A stretch of DNA of 62,287 nt from a virus (taxonomy: Duplodnaviria > Caudoviricetes), in the IMG/VR virus record IMGVR_UViG_3300011115_000373, positions 1 to 62,287 of that record; one strand, 5' to 3'. The position numbers and the translations under genes are program-made. The notes beneath the pieces were generated by a model. It had not been told where the DNA came from, made no database searches, and saw only the letters and a list, made by a program, of their open reading frames with translations. Positions 8,477 to 18,517 of the stretch are shown piece after piece. Numbering within the stretch: the stretch's first letter is position 1; each line of letters opens with the position of its first letter.

Positions 8477-11400
8477 TGGATGATGAGGAACTAGCTAAGA
8501 AATTTGGTGGATCCCTTGTTACTCCACAGATTTCCCCCGGAAGACAGCAGCGTACCCCTGCTTTGTATAGCTCTGAAGAATTAGCAAAGAAGTTTGGGGG
8601 AACACCTGTTGCTGCCTCTACAGAGGGCGCTGCTGCCATTTCTGAAGCCCCCGCTGTACCTCCCCCACTAGTTACAAAAAGAAGCGCTGCTGCAAAGGCT
8701 CTGACAGGTGAGCAAGAGATGCCCACTGCTGCGGCCTCTGCTGGCCTCACAGAGTTTGGTAGTAAAGATCTTACGGAGTATGTTCCAAAAGAAAAGCCCA
8801 AGGCCGCTGAGATTTCTGTCGCTGAACTATCTAGCAATCCAGACAATTACAAAACAATTCTTGACTTCAGCAAAGCTAGATATAACCGTGTACCAGCTAA
8901 GGGAGAAACAAAAGAAGAGTTTGTAGCTAAGTTTCTCACGGATATGAGGAACGATGACTTCAATACGCTTAACTTAATTTCTTCCCTCAACTACATGCGT
9001 AATGCTAAGCCAGAGGATGCTGCTAAGACAGCAATGGCTAAGGCACTGTATGAGAAGACAGCTTCTCCCTTTGATGTCAGAGGTGGGGGACAGAAAGGCA
9101 TCAGTCCTTACACAGATGTATTGATGGCACTGGCTACAGATCCTGTTAATTATTTCGGTGGCATCACCGGCTTCTTTGGCAAGCAAGCACTTAAAGCTGG
9201 TGTACGCCGAGAAGCTGCTGTGCTGGCTGGAGAACAGGTGGCAAAGACGGGGCTTGCTAAAGCTGTCACTGCTACACCCGCTAAAGTTGTAACTACCGCC
9301 ACTGTTGGAGAGGGTGCTATTGGTGTTGGACAGAATGTTCTTCAGCAGAGAATGGGACAAGAACAACAAAAAGCATTAGGCCAAGAAGTGGAAGACTTGT
9401 CTGCTTCTCAAATGGCTGTCGCTGCCATCTTCTCTACAGCCTTTGGCTATGTTGGCGCTAAAGGAACAATGAAGACTTATGGTAAGTCAGGAGCAGACGA
9501 ACTAAACGATCTGATGCAGAAGGCTAAAACACAAGCTCCTGTTACTAACCCCAATGCTCCCATCACCCCAGTAGAAAGAAGGCTGGCAGATCCTGTAGCT
9601 GCTCAGATGAATCTGGAAGCTGAAGAGTTTATGAAGAGAGAGGGTGCTAGGATATTAGATGAAGTGTCCCCAGCCACGCCTCTGATGGATGCAAAGATTG
9701 CTAACGACATGTCAGCTAGGGCTGTTCGTGTTGCCCGACATATCATTGAGAATGATCCAGCGTTTCAGCTTGGGCCAAATGAGAAAATAAGCACAGCTAT
9801 TTCTAGTGTTTTTTCTAAACTAGATTCAGGTGAGATTAATGACGCTGTGCTGGAGCAAGCCATCAATGCAGCAGGACTAACTCCTAGAGAGTTTGCTCAG
9901 GCTAATAAGCTTACAGTGACAGAGGCTGCTTCTATTATGCAGCAATACTCTGTTGCTTCAAGAGCCATGAACAAGCTCAAGGAAATTGATCCTGAGTTTA
10001 AGAAGATGGCTGATGAATTGTTTGGTAAGCCTGATGAATACACATCAACAATGGGTTGGGTAGGTAAAGCAGTCAGTAGAGTAGAAAGAGAAAGTAAAGC
10101 TTTTGTTGTTAGCGGAATAGGAACCACTGTTCGAAATGTGCTTGGCACTATGCCTGTTCTTACTTATACATCTGCTGCCTCTGTCATTGAAGGAACTCTT
10201 TATACAGCAGGTAAGGTGCTGTCTGATGGTGCTTCAGGGCAGCGTCTGCAAACCCTCAAGCGGGGTATGGCTGACACAATGAAGGATGCATTTTCTGTCT
10301 ATGGCTATCTAGCTAAGACAGACTTGTCTGATGAAGTTACAAATGCTTTGCTTGAGCATAACCCCTCTATTAGAAACAACATCTTAAGTGCCACCCAAGA
10401 AAACGGCACTAATGAGTTGTCTCAAGTTGCACAACTATTTAACAGCTTGAATGCTACGCAAGATGCATGGTTTAGGAAAGCCATCTTTAATGCTTCTGTA
10501 GAAAAGAATGCAAGAAGGGCAGGACTAGATCCATTCCTTGTTATGGCAGAGGGTAAGTCTGTTCCTGCTTCTATTCTTCAAAAGTCTGCCGATGATGCGT
10601 TGAAAGCTACATTCTCTTACCAGCCTAAAGTGCAAGCTAAAGGATTTAGTACGTTAGAGTCTGGTGCTGAAACCACTGCTAACTATTTCATTAAGGCTGC
10701 TGAAGTTCCGGGAGGTAGCTTGTTTGCTACATTCCCTCGCTTTATGAGCAATGCAATTGCATTTCAATATAGGTACAGTGTGCTAGGTGCGGCTAGTGGA
10801 GCAGAGGCTATGCTGCGCGGTGGCGCTATGGAAGCAGCCGGTGATGCTGCTGGTGCTGGCCTGAAGCGTCAAGGACAAGAGAACCTAGCTAAGGGTGTTG
10901 TAGGAACTGCTGCATTGGCAGCGGCCTATGATTACCGCATGAATAATCAAGACAGCACTTGGGGAGAAATAAAGAAGGACGATGGATCCACTGTGGACAT
11001 GCGGGCCATCTTTCCTATTGGCCCATTACTGGCTGTAGCTGATGTAATAGCTAAGGTAAAGCTTGGTGAGAAGCCCGACACTGCCGGTGCTTTGGAAGCC
11101 GTGGTGGGTATGAAGATGCCAGCAGGTACGCAAAGCCAATTCCTAGATCAGTTGTTTGCTGCTTTCTCTTCCGAGAAAGATGCAGATAAGATGGAGATTG
11201 CTGTAGGTAAAGTGTTAGGCGACTTCACTGCCCGCTTCTCTGCCCCGTTTGTGTTCAAGAGTGGATATGAATTCTTAGACTTGTTTAGAGAACAAGGCAA
11301 TATCCAACGCGATCCAAATGTTATAACTGCCGCTACCACTGCTGGAAGAATTGCTGAGGCCGCTACTAACAGAGTGCAGGGTAAGCTTCCTATCTTGAAA

Positions 11401-11934
11401 GAAAACCTACCTGAAGCCGTGCCTCGCCTTAGAGAAGGGCCAGTTGTTAAGGAAGGTGAATTCTTTAATAGCTTGGTTGGCATTAGAGAGATACCAAAGA
11501 AATCCCCAGCAGAGCAAGAGATTGTCAATGTTAATGCGGATCCATTTAAAGTATACGGCGGCAGCAGCGGAAACAAAGTTTATGACAGGGCTTTCATTGA
11601 ACAAGTTAACCCACGCGCTATTGCTTATGTCGAGAAGCTTATTGAGAAGGATAACTATAAGAGCTTGTCCTTAGCAGAGAAGAGAGAGAAAGTACAGGCT
11701 GTTCTGTCTAGAGCAACGGAAGTAGCTACACTACAGACACAAGCGCACTTTATGAAAACTCCTGAAGGCAGAACAATGCTGAACAAGATGGAGTTTGATA
11801 AGCTCACTGCTGATGATCGCAAGATTATTAATGAGCGCTATGCTAAGGAACACAACGGAGTCACTTTGGAAGAAGCTAATGACTACGATAGAGTGAAGGC
11901 TTACAAAGCTAAGCTGGCTAATGTGAAGAATTGA
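8476..11934 (+). CDS. Large internal virion (ejection) protein
   Basis: 1152 aa, Ala-rich helical; size and position typical of podovirus core proteins. Confidence 0.7.
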   Translation: MDDEELAKKFGGSLVTPQISPGRQQRTPALYSSEELAKKFGGTPVAASTEGAAAISEAPAVPPPLVTKRSAAAKALTGEQEMPTAAASAGLTEFGSKDLTEYVPKEKPKAAEISVAELSSNPDNYKTILDFSKARYNRVPAKGETKEEFVAKFLTDMRNDDFNTLNLISSLNYMRNAKPEDAAKTAMAKALYEKTASPFDVRGGGQKGISPYTDVLMALATDPVNYFGGITGFFGKQALKAGVRREAAVLAGEQVAKTGLAKAVTATPAKVVTTATVGEGAIGVGQNVLQQRMGQEQQKALGQEVEDLSASQMAVAAIFSTAFGYVGAKGTMKTYGKSGADELNDLMQKAKTQAPVTNPNAPITPVERRLADPVAAQMNLEAEEFMKREGARILDEVSPATPLMDAKIANDMSARAVRVARHIIENDPAFQLGPNEKISTAISSVFSKLDSGEINDAVLEQAINAAGLTPREFAQANKLTVTEAASIMQQYSVASRAMNKLKEIDPEFKKMADELFGKPDEYTSTMGWVGKAVSRVERESKAFVVSGIGTTVRNVLGTMPVLTYTSAASVIEGTLYTAGKVLSDGASGQRLQTLKRGMADTMKDAFSVYGYLAKTDLSDEVTNALLEHNPSIRNNILSATQENGTNELSQVAQLFNSLNATQDAWFRKAIFNASVEKNARRAGLDPFLVMAEGKSVPASILQKSADDALKATFSYQPKVQAKGFSTLESGAETTANYFIKAAEVPGGSLFATFPRFMSNAIAFQYRYSVLGAASGAEAMLRGGAMEAAGDAAGAGLKRQGQENLAKGVVGTAALAAAYDYRMNNQDSTWGEIKKDDGSTVDMRAIFPIGPLLAVADVIAKVKLGEKPDTAGALEAVVGMKMPAGTQSQFLDQLFAAFSSEKDADKMEIAVGKVLGDFTARFSAPFVFKSGYEFLDLFREQGNIQRDPNVITAATTAGRIAEAATNRVQGKLPILKENLPEAVPRLREGPVVKEGEFFNSLVGIREIPKKSPAEQEIVNVNADPFKVYGGSSGNKVYDRAFIEQVNPRAIAYVEKLIEKDNYKSLSLAEKREKVQAVLSRATEVATLQTQAHFMKTPEGRTMLNKMEFDKLTADDRKIINERYAKEHNGVTLEEANDYDRVKAYKAKLANVKN

Positions 11935-11946
11935 TAGGGGATATCT

Positions 11947-13776
11947 TTGCTACCAATTAATAAACTAGTTACCCCTCTCGCGGAAGAGGTAGGTACAGAT
12001 GTGCTTAAAAAAGAGGCAGGTACTATAGCTTCTAAAGTTGTTAAGCCAACTCCCCTTATATCTAAAACAACTGCATCAATCACTAAAAAACAACTGGAGC
12101 AGGAAGCTGCCTCTGCTGTTGATGATGTCTTGGGTATTGTTGCTAAACCAATACCAGCAGTAGAGCAGACAGCGACAGCACTGGCTAAGAAGAAACCCGC
12201 TGCTGTTGTTCCAGACATTCCCCTTTCATCCACTAAGCGCCCTGTCTTTCAGCCTACATCTACTTCTAAGGTGGTAAAAGACGAAGGGCCATACCTTGGT
12301 GAGGTGGAAAGAGAAGGACGCTTTGTAGACAATGGAGAGCCTATTGTTGCTAAGCAGGAAGCTGCACCAGCACCTACACCACCCGCAGAAGAAGTGCCTG
12401 TGTGGAAACAACAATACGATTTGTATAAGAAGTACGAAGCAGCAGGAGAAGATGTTGGTGACTTTGATCCCGACACACCTTTCTCTTGGAACAACCCTGA
12501 AAAGCAAACAGTAGCAGCGCCAGCAAGACCGCCAGCAGAGCCAGTTATTCCTGAAGCTAAAGTTATTCAGGGTAATTTAGACGCTACTAGTTTTGCTAGG
12601 AATGGGCCAACCTCTAGAAAGCAAGTGCTGTCCACTATCAGGGAGATGAGGACGGATGCTTTTGATGGGCTTATTAATCTTCCTAAAGTAAAAGAACTAC
12701 CAGATGCTGAAGATGTAATGGCAGTGGTGCAGGGAGATTTTCGTCTTAAAGAAGGCAGAGAGATTAATCTTTCTAGTCCTAAGGATGTAGCCATTGCGGA
12801 AGACATGGCTACCGCAGCACAGAAAAGACTTGATGCTTTGCGTGTGGAGTATAAAGATACGCCACCTATCAAACTCTATCATGGCAAAGATGCCTCATGG
12901 AATGAAGCACCTACCAATAGATTTATAACAGGCTTTGAAGATCCGCAGAAGTTTAGTAAGTATCACAGTGAATTAGAAGTGGGCGGCACATCTTTCACCA
13001 GAGATCTTAACCTCAATTTTGAAACACCATCTTTTGGTGGGACAAATCCCGACAAGTTCTTATACACCGAAATGCCGTATGCTGATTACATGTTTAAAAG
13101 AATTAACATGACACCGACAGCATATGAAGATAAGAATTTAAATATCATTGCTCAATCAATTAATGGATCTGACAGGGTAGTTAGACCTGTTAGCATACCT
13201 AGATCTGCTTCGTTTAAAGAAACAGAGGATATGATTACGGAGACAGACAAACTTCGTCCCGAAGGAAAAGGTACGGGAAGTCAGCTTGAAGTTAAATCAG
13301 GAAAGAATGAAGTGGCTGATAAGGCTGCTGGTTTCTTGGAAAGAAGAAAACAAGAAGACAAGATAAAAGAAAACATCGTTTCTTTGGCTGGGGACTTGAA
13401 CACAGAGAAAGGTGTTGTTGCTGCTAACAAGATTTATACTGAGCTAAAAAATCTTCTCAACAACTATCTAGATAAAGCTAACTTGACTTCCACTAAGGAA
13501 GGGATGGGCCAGCGATATCACAAAGAGCTTTCTAATCTCGGCGTTATCAGAGGGGAGAAAGATCTTGTGACTACAGATTCAATGCTTAAAACAGTAAGCA
13601 CTATCTTGGAAAAGCAAGGGTCTAAAGAAAAAGCATCCTTACTCAGGTCTTTGAGAACTGAGTTAAGAGTGCTAGAACAGGACTACAGAACAGACGCGCA
13701 AGTACAAGTGCAGTCTGTCAACAAGGTTAGAGAGCTAACCCGCAAGTTTGCTAAAGGCGGGCTAGCTGCTAGATAG
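11947..13776 (+). CDS. Hypothetical late protein (ends KFAKGGLAAR)
   Basis: 609-aa ORF, TTG start after GGGG SD; last gene of plus-strand arm. Confidence 0.65.
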   Translation: MLPINKLVTPLAEEVGTDVLKKEAGTIASKVVKPTPLISKTTASITKKQLEQEAASAVDDVLGIVAKPIPAVEQTATALAKKKPAAVVPDIPLSSTKRPVFQPTSTSKVVKDEGPYLGEVEREGRFVDNGEPIVAKQEAAPAPTPPAEEVPVWKQQYDLYKKYEAAGEDVGDFDPDTPFSWNNPEKQTVAAPARPPAEPVIPEAKVIQGNLDATSFARNGPTSRKQVLSTIREMRTDAFDGLINLPKVKELPDAEDVMAVVQGDFRLKEGREINLSSPKDVAIAEDMATAAQKRLDALRVEYKDTPPIKLYHGKDASWNEAPTNRFITGFEDPQKFSKYHSELEVGGTSFTRDLNLNFETPSFGGTNPDKFLYTEMPYADYMFKRINMTPTAYEDKNLNIIAQSINGSDRVVRPVSIPRSASFKETEDMITETDKLRPEGKGTGSQLEVKSGKNEVADKAAGFLERRKQEDKIKENIVSLAGDLNTEKGVVAANKIYTELKNLLNNYLDKANLTSTKEGMGQRYHKELSNLGVIRGEKDLVTTDSMLKTVSTILEKQGSKEKASLLRSLRTELRVLEQDYRTDAQVQVQSVNKVRELTRKFAKGGLAAR

Positions 13777-13778
13777 AG

Positions 13779-13943
13779 CTAGTCTTTAACAAACCAGACA
13801 AGCCATGCTATTAGCAGGAATATCACTATTGTAAATAGTGTAGGCGATAGTACCAGCCACCAAGACCAATCAATAACATTGAAGAGTTTGGCCCCGACAA
13901 AAATCAGTGTAAGCAGATTGAAGAAGTTAAGATTGATAGTCAT
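13779..13943 (-). CDS. Small membrane protein, 54 aa (KL..VIDWSWWLVLSP family)
   Basis: Read manually; AAGGA SD; motif common in small phage membrane proteins. Confidence 0.7.
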   Translation of the reverse strand: MTINLNFFNLLTLIFVGAKLFNVIDWSWWLVLSPTLFTIVIFLLIAWLVWFVKD

Positions 13944-13961
13944 ATTATTTCCTTGAGATGG

Positions 13962-14038
13962 TGGTTTGCCCTATTGGAATTGAACCAATGACCTACAGCT
14001 TAGAAGGCTGTTGCTCTATCCAACTGAGCTAAGGACAA
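13962..14038 (-). tRNA. tRNA-Arg(UCU)
   Basis: Cloverleaf: acceptor TTGTCCT/AGGGCAA, D-arm AGCTCAGTTGGATAGAGC, anticodon loop CTTCTAA, GGTTCAATTCC, encoded CCA. Confidence 0.93.
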
Positions 14039-14041
14039 GTA

Positions 14042-14116
14042 TGGTTCCGGTTGACGGGCTTGAACCGCCGACCTACCGCTTACAAGGCGGTTGCTCTACC
14101 ACTGAGCTAAACCGGA
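14042..14116 (-). tRNA. tRNA-Thr(UGU)
   Basis: Cloverleaf: acceptor TCCGGTT/AACCGGA, anticodon loop CTTGTAA, GGTTCAAGCCC, encoded CCA. Confidence 0.93.
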
Positions 14117-14121
14117 AGATC

Positions 14122-14304
14122 TTACAGTCCCTGTTTCAGGGCGTAGATATTTTCGAAGTAGCCCCTATCGAAGCCACGCTGCCACTCCTTGCCCTGCACT
14201 GTGTCAGGATCGTATTGGTTGGCAAGCCAGCCTTTGTAAAAGGCATTCCTTCCTTGATCAAACTGGATCCGCAGAGGGGGAGTTCGTTCAGGTTTGATAG
14301 TCAT
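14122..14304 (-). CDS. Small protein with ribosome modulation factor-like motif
   Basis: F.QG..AF..G...N.Y........W.RGF pattern; AAGGAG SD. Confidence 0.5.
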   Translation of the reverse strand: MTIKPERTPPLRIQFDQGRNAFYKGWLANQYDPDTVQGKEWQRGFDRGYFENIYALKQGL

Positions 14305-14777
14305 GGTTTCTCCTTTAGTTGACTTATCTTAATGTTGTAACAGTCGCTCTTCACAGTGTAACCGTTAGCTGGATCCACTGTACCTTTCTGCATGAAGACA
14401 GCATCTTTCATGTACTGGTCTTTATTATACACACCTAAGTACCAGCCCACAGAGAAGTCATTCTTCACACGCACAAAGGCGTAGTAGTCACAGTCTTGCT
14501 TTGTGTTGAGAGCAGCAATAGAGCAGTCGTAAGTAGGCAGAGGGACATAGCCCGTCTGCTTAGTCTTTACATCCACCTTAGTGCCATCAGGTAACACAAG
14601 ATCGTAGTCGTAGGTGTTGAATAGTTCACCACCTAAGACCTGCTGGGCAATAGCCTCACCAATGAAGCCAGCAATATTGCCAGCTCCTCTGATGATGCTA
14701 TTGCGTAACTGTCCCATCTCAGCAGCCTTGTCTCTGGCCTCGACCAGCATGGCTGGAGATATGACTACCTCTATCAT
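14301..14777 (-). CDS. Putative PD-(D/E)XK-type nuclease
   Basis: G.IGE...YDYDL......VDVKTK; start taken at MIEVV. Confidence 0.5.
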   Translation of the reverse strand: MIEVVISPAMLVEARDKAAEMGQLRNSIIRGAGNIAGFIGEAIAQQVLGGELFNTYDYDLVLPDGTKVDVKTKQTGYVPLPTYDCSIAALNTKQDCDYYAFVRVKNDFSVGWYLGVYNKDQYMKDAVFMQKGTVDPANGYTVKSDCYNIKISQLKEKP

Positions 14778-16687
14778 CTGATGGGGCAAGCGCCAGTGGC
14801 ACACTCGTCATCAAGGCCAATGGCGGCTTCAGCGACTTGCGTGATGAGGCGGGTAGAGGCAACCAAAGCATCGTATTGCTCTTCAGTAATTTCTTCCAGC
14901 GGGGCTTGTTTAAAGCCATGCTCACTGTGCAGCAGGAAAGACAGACTCTTGTGTGAGTGCTTGTAGTGCTTCTTCAGATACTTCTTGATTTCAGGAAGCT
15001 CTTCCTTCTTGTAGTAGACAGTGCAGCTAACGCTGTTGTCACTCCAATTTTCCTGCAACCAGCGAACAGTATCAAGCTGATCCAACGCATCCACTTCGCT
15101 GGCAAGCGTAGCCACTTCCGAATGACGGAAGGGGAACGACACCACTACAGTGCTGTGGTCAGCAGAGCCATCAAAGTTTTGTTGGTACTCCACAGGATAC
15201 CCGTGGTCACGGCAGGTCTGAACCAGCGGATGATTGGCACTGATGCGAATGCGTCTTATCATATACCGTGCATATGCTGGATGGCAACCCGGTGTAACAC
15301 CCGGCAGCAGGGACAGCGTACCGCTAGGCTTGATGGTGGTCAGCTTGATCGACTTGTTAAAGCCGTTCTGAGCGCTGTAGTCCTCGTCAAACTTACGCAG
15401 ATGGGTGTAGGTATCCTTGAGCCAGCTAAGCTGCTCCTTGGTGCTTTCTAGTACGCCTGTGATGCCAATGCCCATACGCATGTTCTTGTTGACAATGGTT
15501 TGGGTGGACTCAAGGTGGCAGGACAAAGCCAAGCTATGCTTGTTGATTCGATATAGCAATGTTGCTACATCTACCAACTCTTCTTTTGAAGTAATGTTTG
15601 GCAAGAAGATTTCTGCTAGGCAGCAGGTTTCTTTATCAGCCAAGCTTTGCTCTGCACATGGGTTGTATCCCTGCACATCAGGATCGGGATACTGTGTATC
15701 TCCCAAGCGTCCAATCTTGCGGGACAGGCGCAGGTTAATCAGGCCGTAGGGTTCTCCCTTGCCTTCATATCCATCCCAGAAGAATTCATGCAGGTCTTCA
15801 ATGTCGTTACAGACAACGCTGTTATTTGACATCGCTCTCCATGAGGGAATGTTGCCCATATCCCAGCGCTTAGCCAACAAGAATTCCACATCATCGGGAT
15901 CGCCAATGGCAATCTGTGCAGAGCGGCGTACATTACCTGCCACCACCACAGCACCGATGATATTCATAATGTCCAAGCAGTCGATAGGACGCAGCTTACG
16001 CCCCGCACGGCGGGACAAGATTTCGCTGATCTTACCGATGCCCCACACCAGATCTTCAGGGCCGCTAGCAGTGCCACCAAAGCCCTTGATGGGTGCGCCC
16101 TTGCTACGAATAAGCTGTGTGCTGTAGGTGAATGTCTGATTGCCACTGCTGTGAGCGAGGAACGCTGCCTTCAGCGTCTTGCCAAGCAGAGCAACCCATC
16201 CTTCACGGCTGTCAGGAACAATGAAGTTGGCATCAGATGTATCTGTGCGAGTAGGTGCTTTGAAGTTAGCATTAACTTCAGGTAGCTTGTCCACATTCTT
16301 CTTCTGAATGTTGTAGCCAACACCGCTGCCAAGCATCAACAAATCCATAGCCCAAGTGAAAGGCTCGACAGGTTTATCCACCACAGTGAAAGCACAATTC
16401 TGTAGGCTAGCAAGGCCAAGCTTATCCACTGTATTAGTTCCTAGCTGCCACAAGAAGCGACCAGCAACACTACCTTTGAGTTCAAGGAAATGTTTAGTGA
16501 GTCGTGCTTGTTCTTCTTCTGTGAAGTTACAGCCTAGCTGGGTATTGGTTGCATCCACTACACGCTTAATGGTGTCAGTGAATTCTTCTGTTGGACTATT
16601 GATATCAGTCTCGTTGAGGCGGCGTGAGTAGGTACGCTTGTATGTGAGGTAGCCAACAGATGACCAAGGGGTTTGGATTTCGTTCAT
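14774..16687 (-). CDS. nrdJ: Class II (adenosylcobalamin-dependent) ribonucleotide reductase
   Basis: NCAF, VVAGNVRRSAQI, NPCAE active site, TIKPSGT, C-terminal CATGACP; no beta-subunit gene. Confidence 0.92.
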   Translation of the reverse strand: MNEIQTPWSSVGYLTYKRTYSRRLNETDINSPTEEFTDTIKRVVDATNTQLGCNFTEEEQARLTKHFLELKGSVAGRFLWQLGTNTVDKLGLASLQNCAFTVVDKPVEPFTWAMDLLMLGSGVGYNIQKKNVDKLPEVNANFKAPTRTDTSDANFIVPDSREGWVALLGKTLKAAFLAHSSGNQTFTYSTQLIRSKGAPIKGFGGTASGPEDLVWGIGKISEILSRRAGRKLRPIDCLDIMNIIGAVVVAGNVRRSAQIAIGDPDDVEFLLAKRWDMGNIPSWRAMSNNSVVCNDIEDLHEFFWDGYEGKGEPYGLINLRLSRKIGRLGDTQYPDPDVQGYNPCAEQSLADKETCCLAEIFLPNITSKEELVDVATLLYRINKHSLALSCHLESTQTIVNKNMRMGIGITGVLESTKEQLSWLKDTYTHLRKFDEDYSAQNGFNKSIKLTTIKPSGTLSLLPGVTPGCHPAYARYMIRRIRISANHPLVQTCRDHGYPVEYQQNFDGSADHSTVVVSFPFRHSEVATLASEVDALDQLDTVRWLQENWSDNSVSCTVYYKKEELPEIKKYLKKHYKHSHKSLSFLLHSEHGFKQAPLEEITEEQYDALVASTRLITQVAEAAIGLDDECATGACPIR

Positions 16688-16708
16688 AGTTTTCCTGTTT
16701 TGAAAGAT

Positions 16709-16731
16709 AAAAAAAGGGAGCCAATGCTCCC
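16709..16731 (-). terminator. Intrinsic terminator-like hairpin upstream of nrdJ
   Basis: GGGAGC-ATTG-GCTCCC followed by T7 on minus strand. Confidence 0.6.
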
Positions 16732-16756
16732 ATAGGGAAAGTAGTTATACTAGAGT

Positions 16757-17071
16757 TTAACGCTCATCCCCACTACCCATAATTTTATTACGGGCTTTTC
16801 TGTCGGCTAGTTTTGTTAGGTTTGCTGTACAGATTTCCGACAGGCTTAGACCTGCATCATCTGCTACAGCACAGACCATCCACATAACATCGCCAAGTTC
16901 TTTCTTCATCAGTTCTTCCATGTTGCTTTCACCTGCTCCATCGCGGATGAGTTTGGCAACAAGGCCCAATACTTCTCCAACTTCTGCTGCCAAATTAAAT
17001 AGGGCATAGGCTTCGTTAGCACTGTCAATGCGATATGACATTGCTTCTGTCTGATAAAAATCTAAATCCAT
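16757..17071 (-). CDS. mazG: MazG-like nucleotide pyrophosphohydrolase
   Basis: L..EVGEV...K..RD...KELGDV.W...N..KL..R...GSGD. Confidence 0.85.
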   Translation of the reverse strand: MDLDFYQTEAMSYRIDSANEAYALFNLAAEVGEVLGLVAKLIRDGAGESNMEELMKKELGDVMWMVCAVADDAGLSLSEICTANLTKLADRKARNKIMGSGDER

Positions 17072-17072
17072 C

Positions 17073-17693
17073 TTATTCCTTAAAGAGTGAGGGGAACAAA
17101 GATTGTACTACAGTCTGACACTGCGTAGCAATTTCTCTGTGTTCTTTTTGTGTAGCAGCATCACAGCGGATGTCAATGTAATGCAACCAACTACGCAGTG
17201 TACCGTTCATGTACATGCGGGACATCATCATACCTTCAGGTAAGATTTTCCTAGCCACTTCCTTAGCAATACCATTTTGTAGTGCTGCCTCGTAGTTTGC
17301 TATTGCTGTTTTAATTACTTGAACCTGTGACTCATGCCACATCTTAGACAGTTCTCTATCCTGCACAGGAATACTGTTCTGTCTATTCTTACTATCTTGC
17401 AACCTGACTTCGGAGAAGTCGTAGTCGTGGACAGCAGTGTAGCGTTGGCTTAGTTCTTGAAAGCTAAAGCTTCTGTGTCTTAAGATTTGTCTGGCTATGT
17501 CTCTGGTGGTTTCAATTTCCATGCAGATGTTAACCATCTCAAACGGTGACCAGTGTTTGTTATCAATCAAATACTTGAGAAGTTTGGGTGCTGTTTCTTT
17601 GTTGTCTTGATTCTCTGGATTGGAAACCCTCGCCATGTAAGCGACAAGGGTTTCCGCATCAGGAGTAGACCAAATTAGTTTTACTCCACTCAT
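17073..17693 (-). CDS. thyX: Flavin-dependent thymidylate synthase
   Basis: HWSPFE, RHRSFSFQELSQRY ThyX motif, TQKEHR. Confidence 0.95.
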   Translation of the reverse strand: MSGVKLIWSTPDAETLVAYMARVSNPENQDNKETAPKLLKYLIDNKHWSPFEMVNICMEIETTRDIARQILRHRSFSFQELSQRYTAVHDYDFSEVRLQDSKNRQNSIPVQDRELSKMWHESQVQVIKTAIANYEAALQNGIAKEVARKILPEGMMMSRMYMNGTLRSWLHYIDIRCDAATQKEHREIATQCQTVVQSLFPSLFKE

Positions 17694-17699
17694 TGAGTA

Positions 17700-18119
17700 T
17701 TACTCAGCCCACTCATTCCAAACATTGGCAGTGAGGTTCCAGAAGTAATCAGAAGCTGCTTCTTCACCCATGTAAAGGGTTAGCATCTGTGATGCTGCGT
17801 GTGCAAGTTCAGCACACTTTCCTTCTTCATCGTCCGCTTCCAATGCGTAATACTCGTAGCAGGTTTTCAACTCTGCAATGACAGCAGCATAAGGATCTTC
17901 TTCCACTTCCTCTTCCTCTTCTTCCTCATCCCAATCCCAAGACCACTCAGCTTCTTCCTCTTCTTCTTCTTCAACAGCATGCTGTTGAGCAATGTAGTTT
18001 TGCAACATGGCAATGAAGCCCATGTTAATCAATTCAACTTTGGATTCATCATCCATCTCCAAACTGACGATAGCACCACCGTCTTCAAGTTCTTCAAGGT
18101 GTGTACAAGTAATGTTCAT
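17700..18119 (-). CDS. Highly acidic hypothetical protein
   Basis: 139 aa with poly-Glu tracts. Confidence 0.65.
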   Translation of the reverse strand: MNITCTHLEELEDGGAIVSLEMDDESKVELINMGFIAMLQNYIAQQHAVEEEEEEEAEWSWDWDEEEEEEEVEEDPYAAVIAELKTCYEYYALEADDEEGKCAELAHAASQMLTLYMGEEAASDYFWNLTANVWNEWAE

Positions 18120-18511
18120 TTTGATTTCCTTTTAAGTTTCTCACTAAGAGTTTTTACCTTATGGCAATCCAGACACAATATCTGAAAGCCTACCACTTCA
18201 CAGTACATATTCTCAATGTACTTATCCCAACTAACAAACCCGACATCTGGATCCACTACAGGATGGATATGATCTACCTGTACATCATTAGCTACAAACT
18301 CTCCAGTGCATGCAGCGCATCTGTAATGCTGTGCTAACTTACCTGTCTTCTTATTTTCTTTTCTTCCTATCAGAGCATCCCTTAGTGCTGCATACTTAGG
18401 AGGCCACCTACGCGAGGCAGACCTCAGGGCTGATGTTACGAAGCTTCGATACCTAGCCTCTGTCCACTCACCACCATTACGGGGTTTGATGGTTTGTTTC
18501 TTAGAAGCCAT
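18116..18511 (-). CDS. HNH endonuclease
   Basis: CAAC...VQVDHIHP...QILCLDCH.KT. Confidence 0.85.
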   Translation of the reverse strand: MASKKQTIKPRNGGEWTEARYRSFVTSALRSASRRWPPKYAALRDALIGRKENKKTGKLAQHYRCAACTGEFVANDVQVDHIHPVVDPDVGFVSWDKYIENMYCEVVGFQILCLDCHKVKTLSEKLKRKSK

Positions 18512-18517
18512 CGGTAT

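Noticed and set aside
14011-14322. 103-aa plus-strand ORF
   Set aside because: Overlaps two tRNAs in antisense; typical spurious translation
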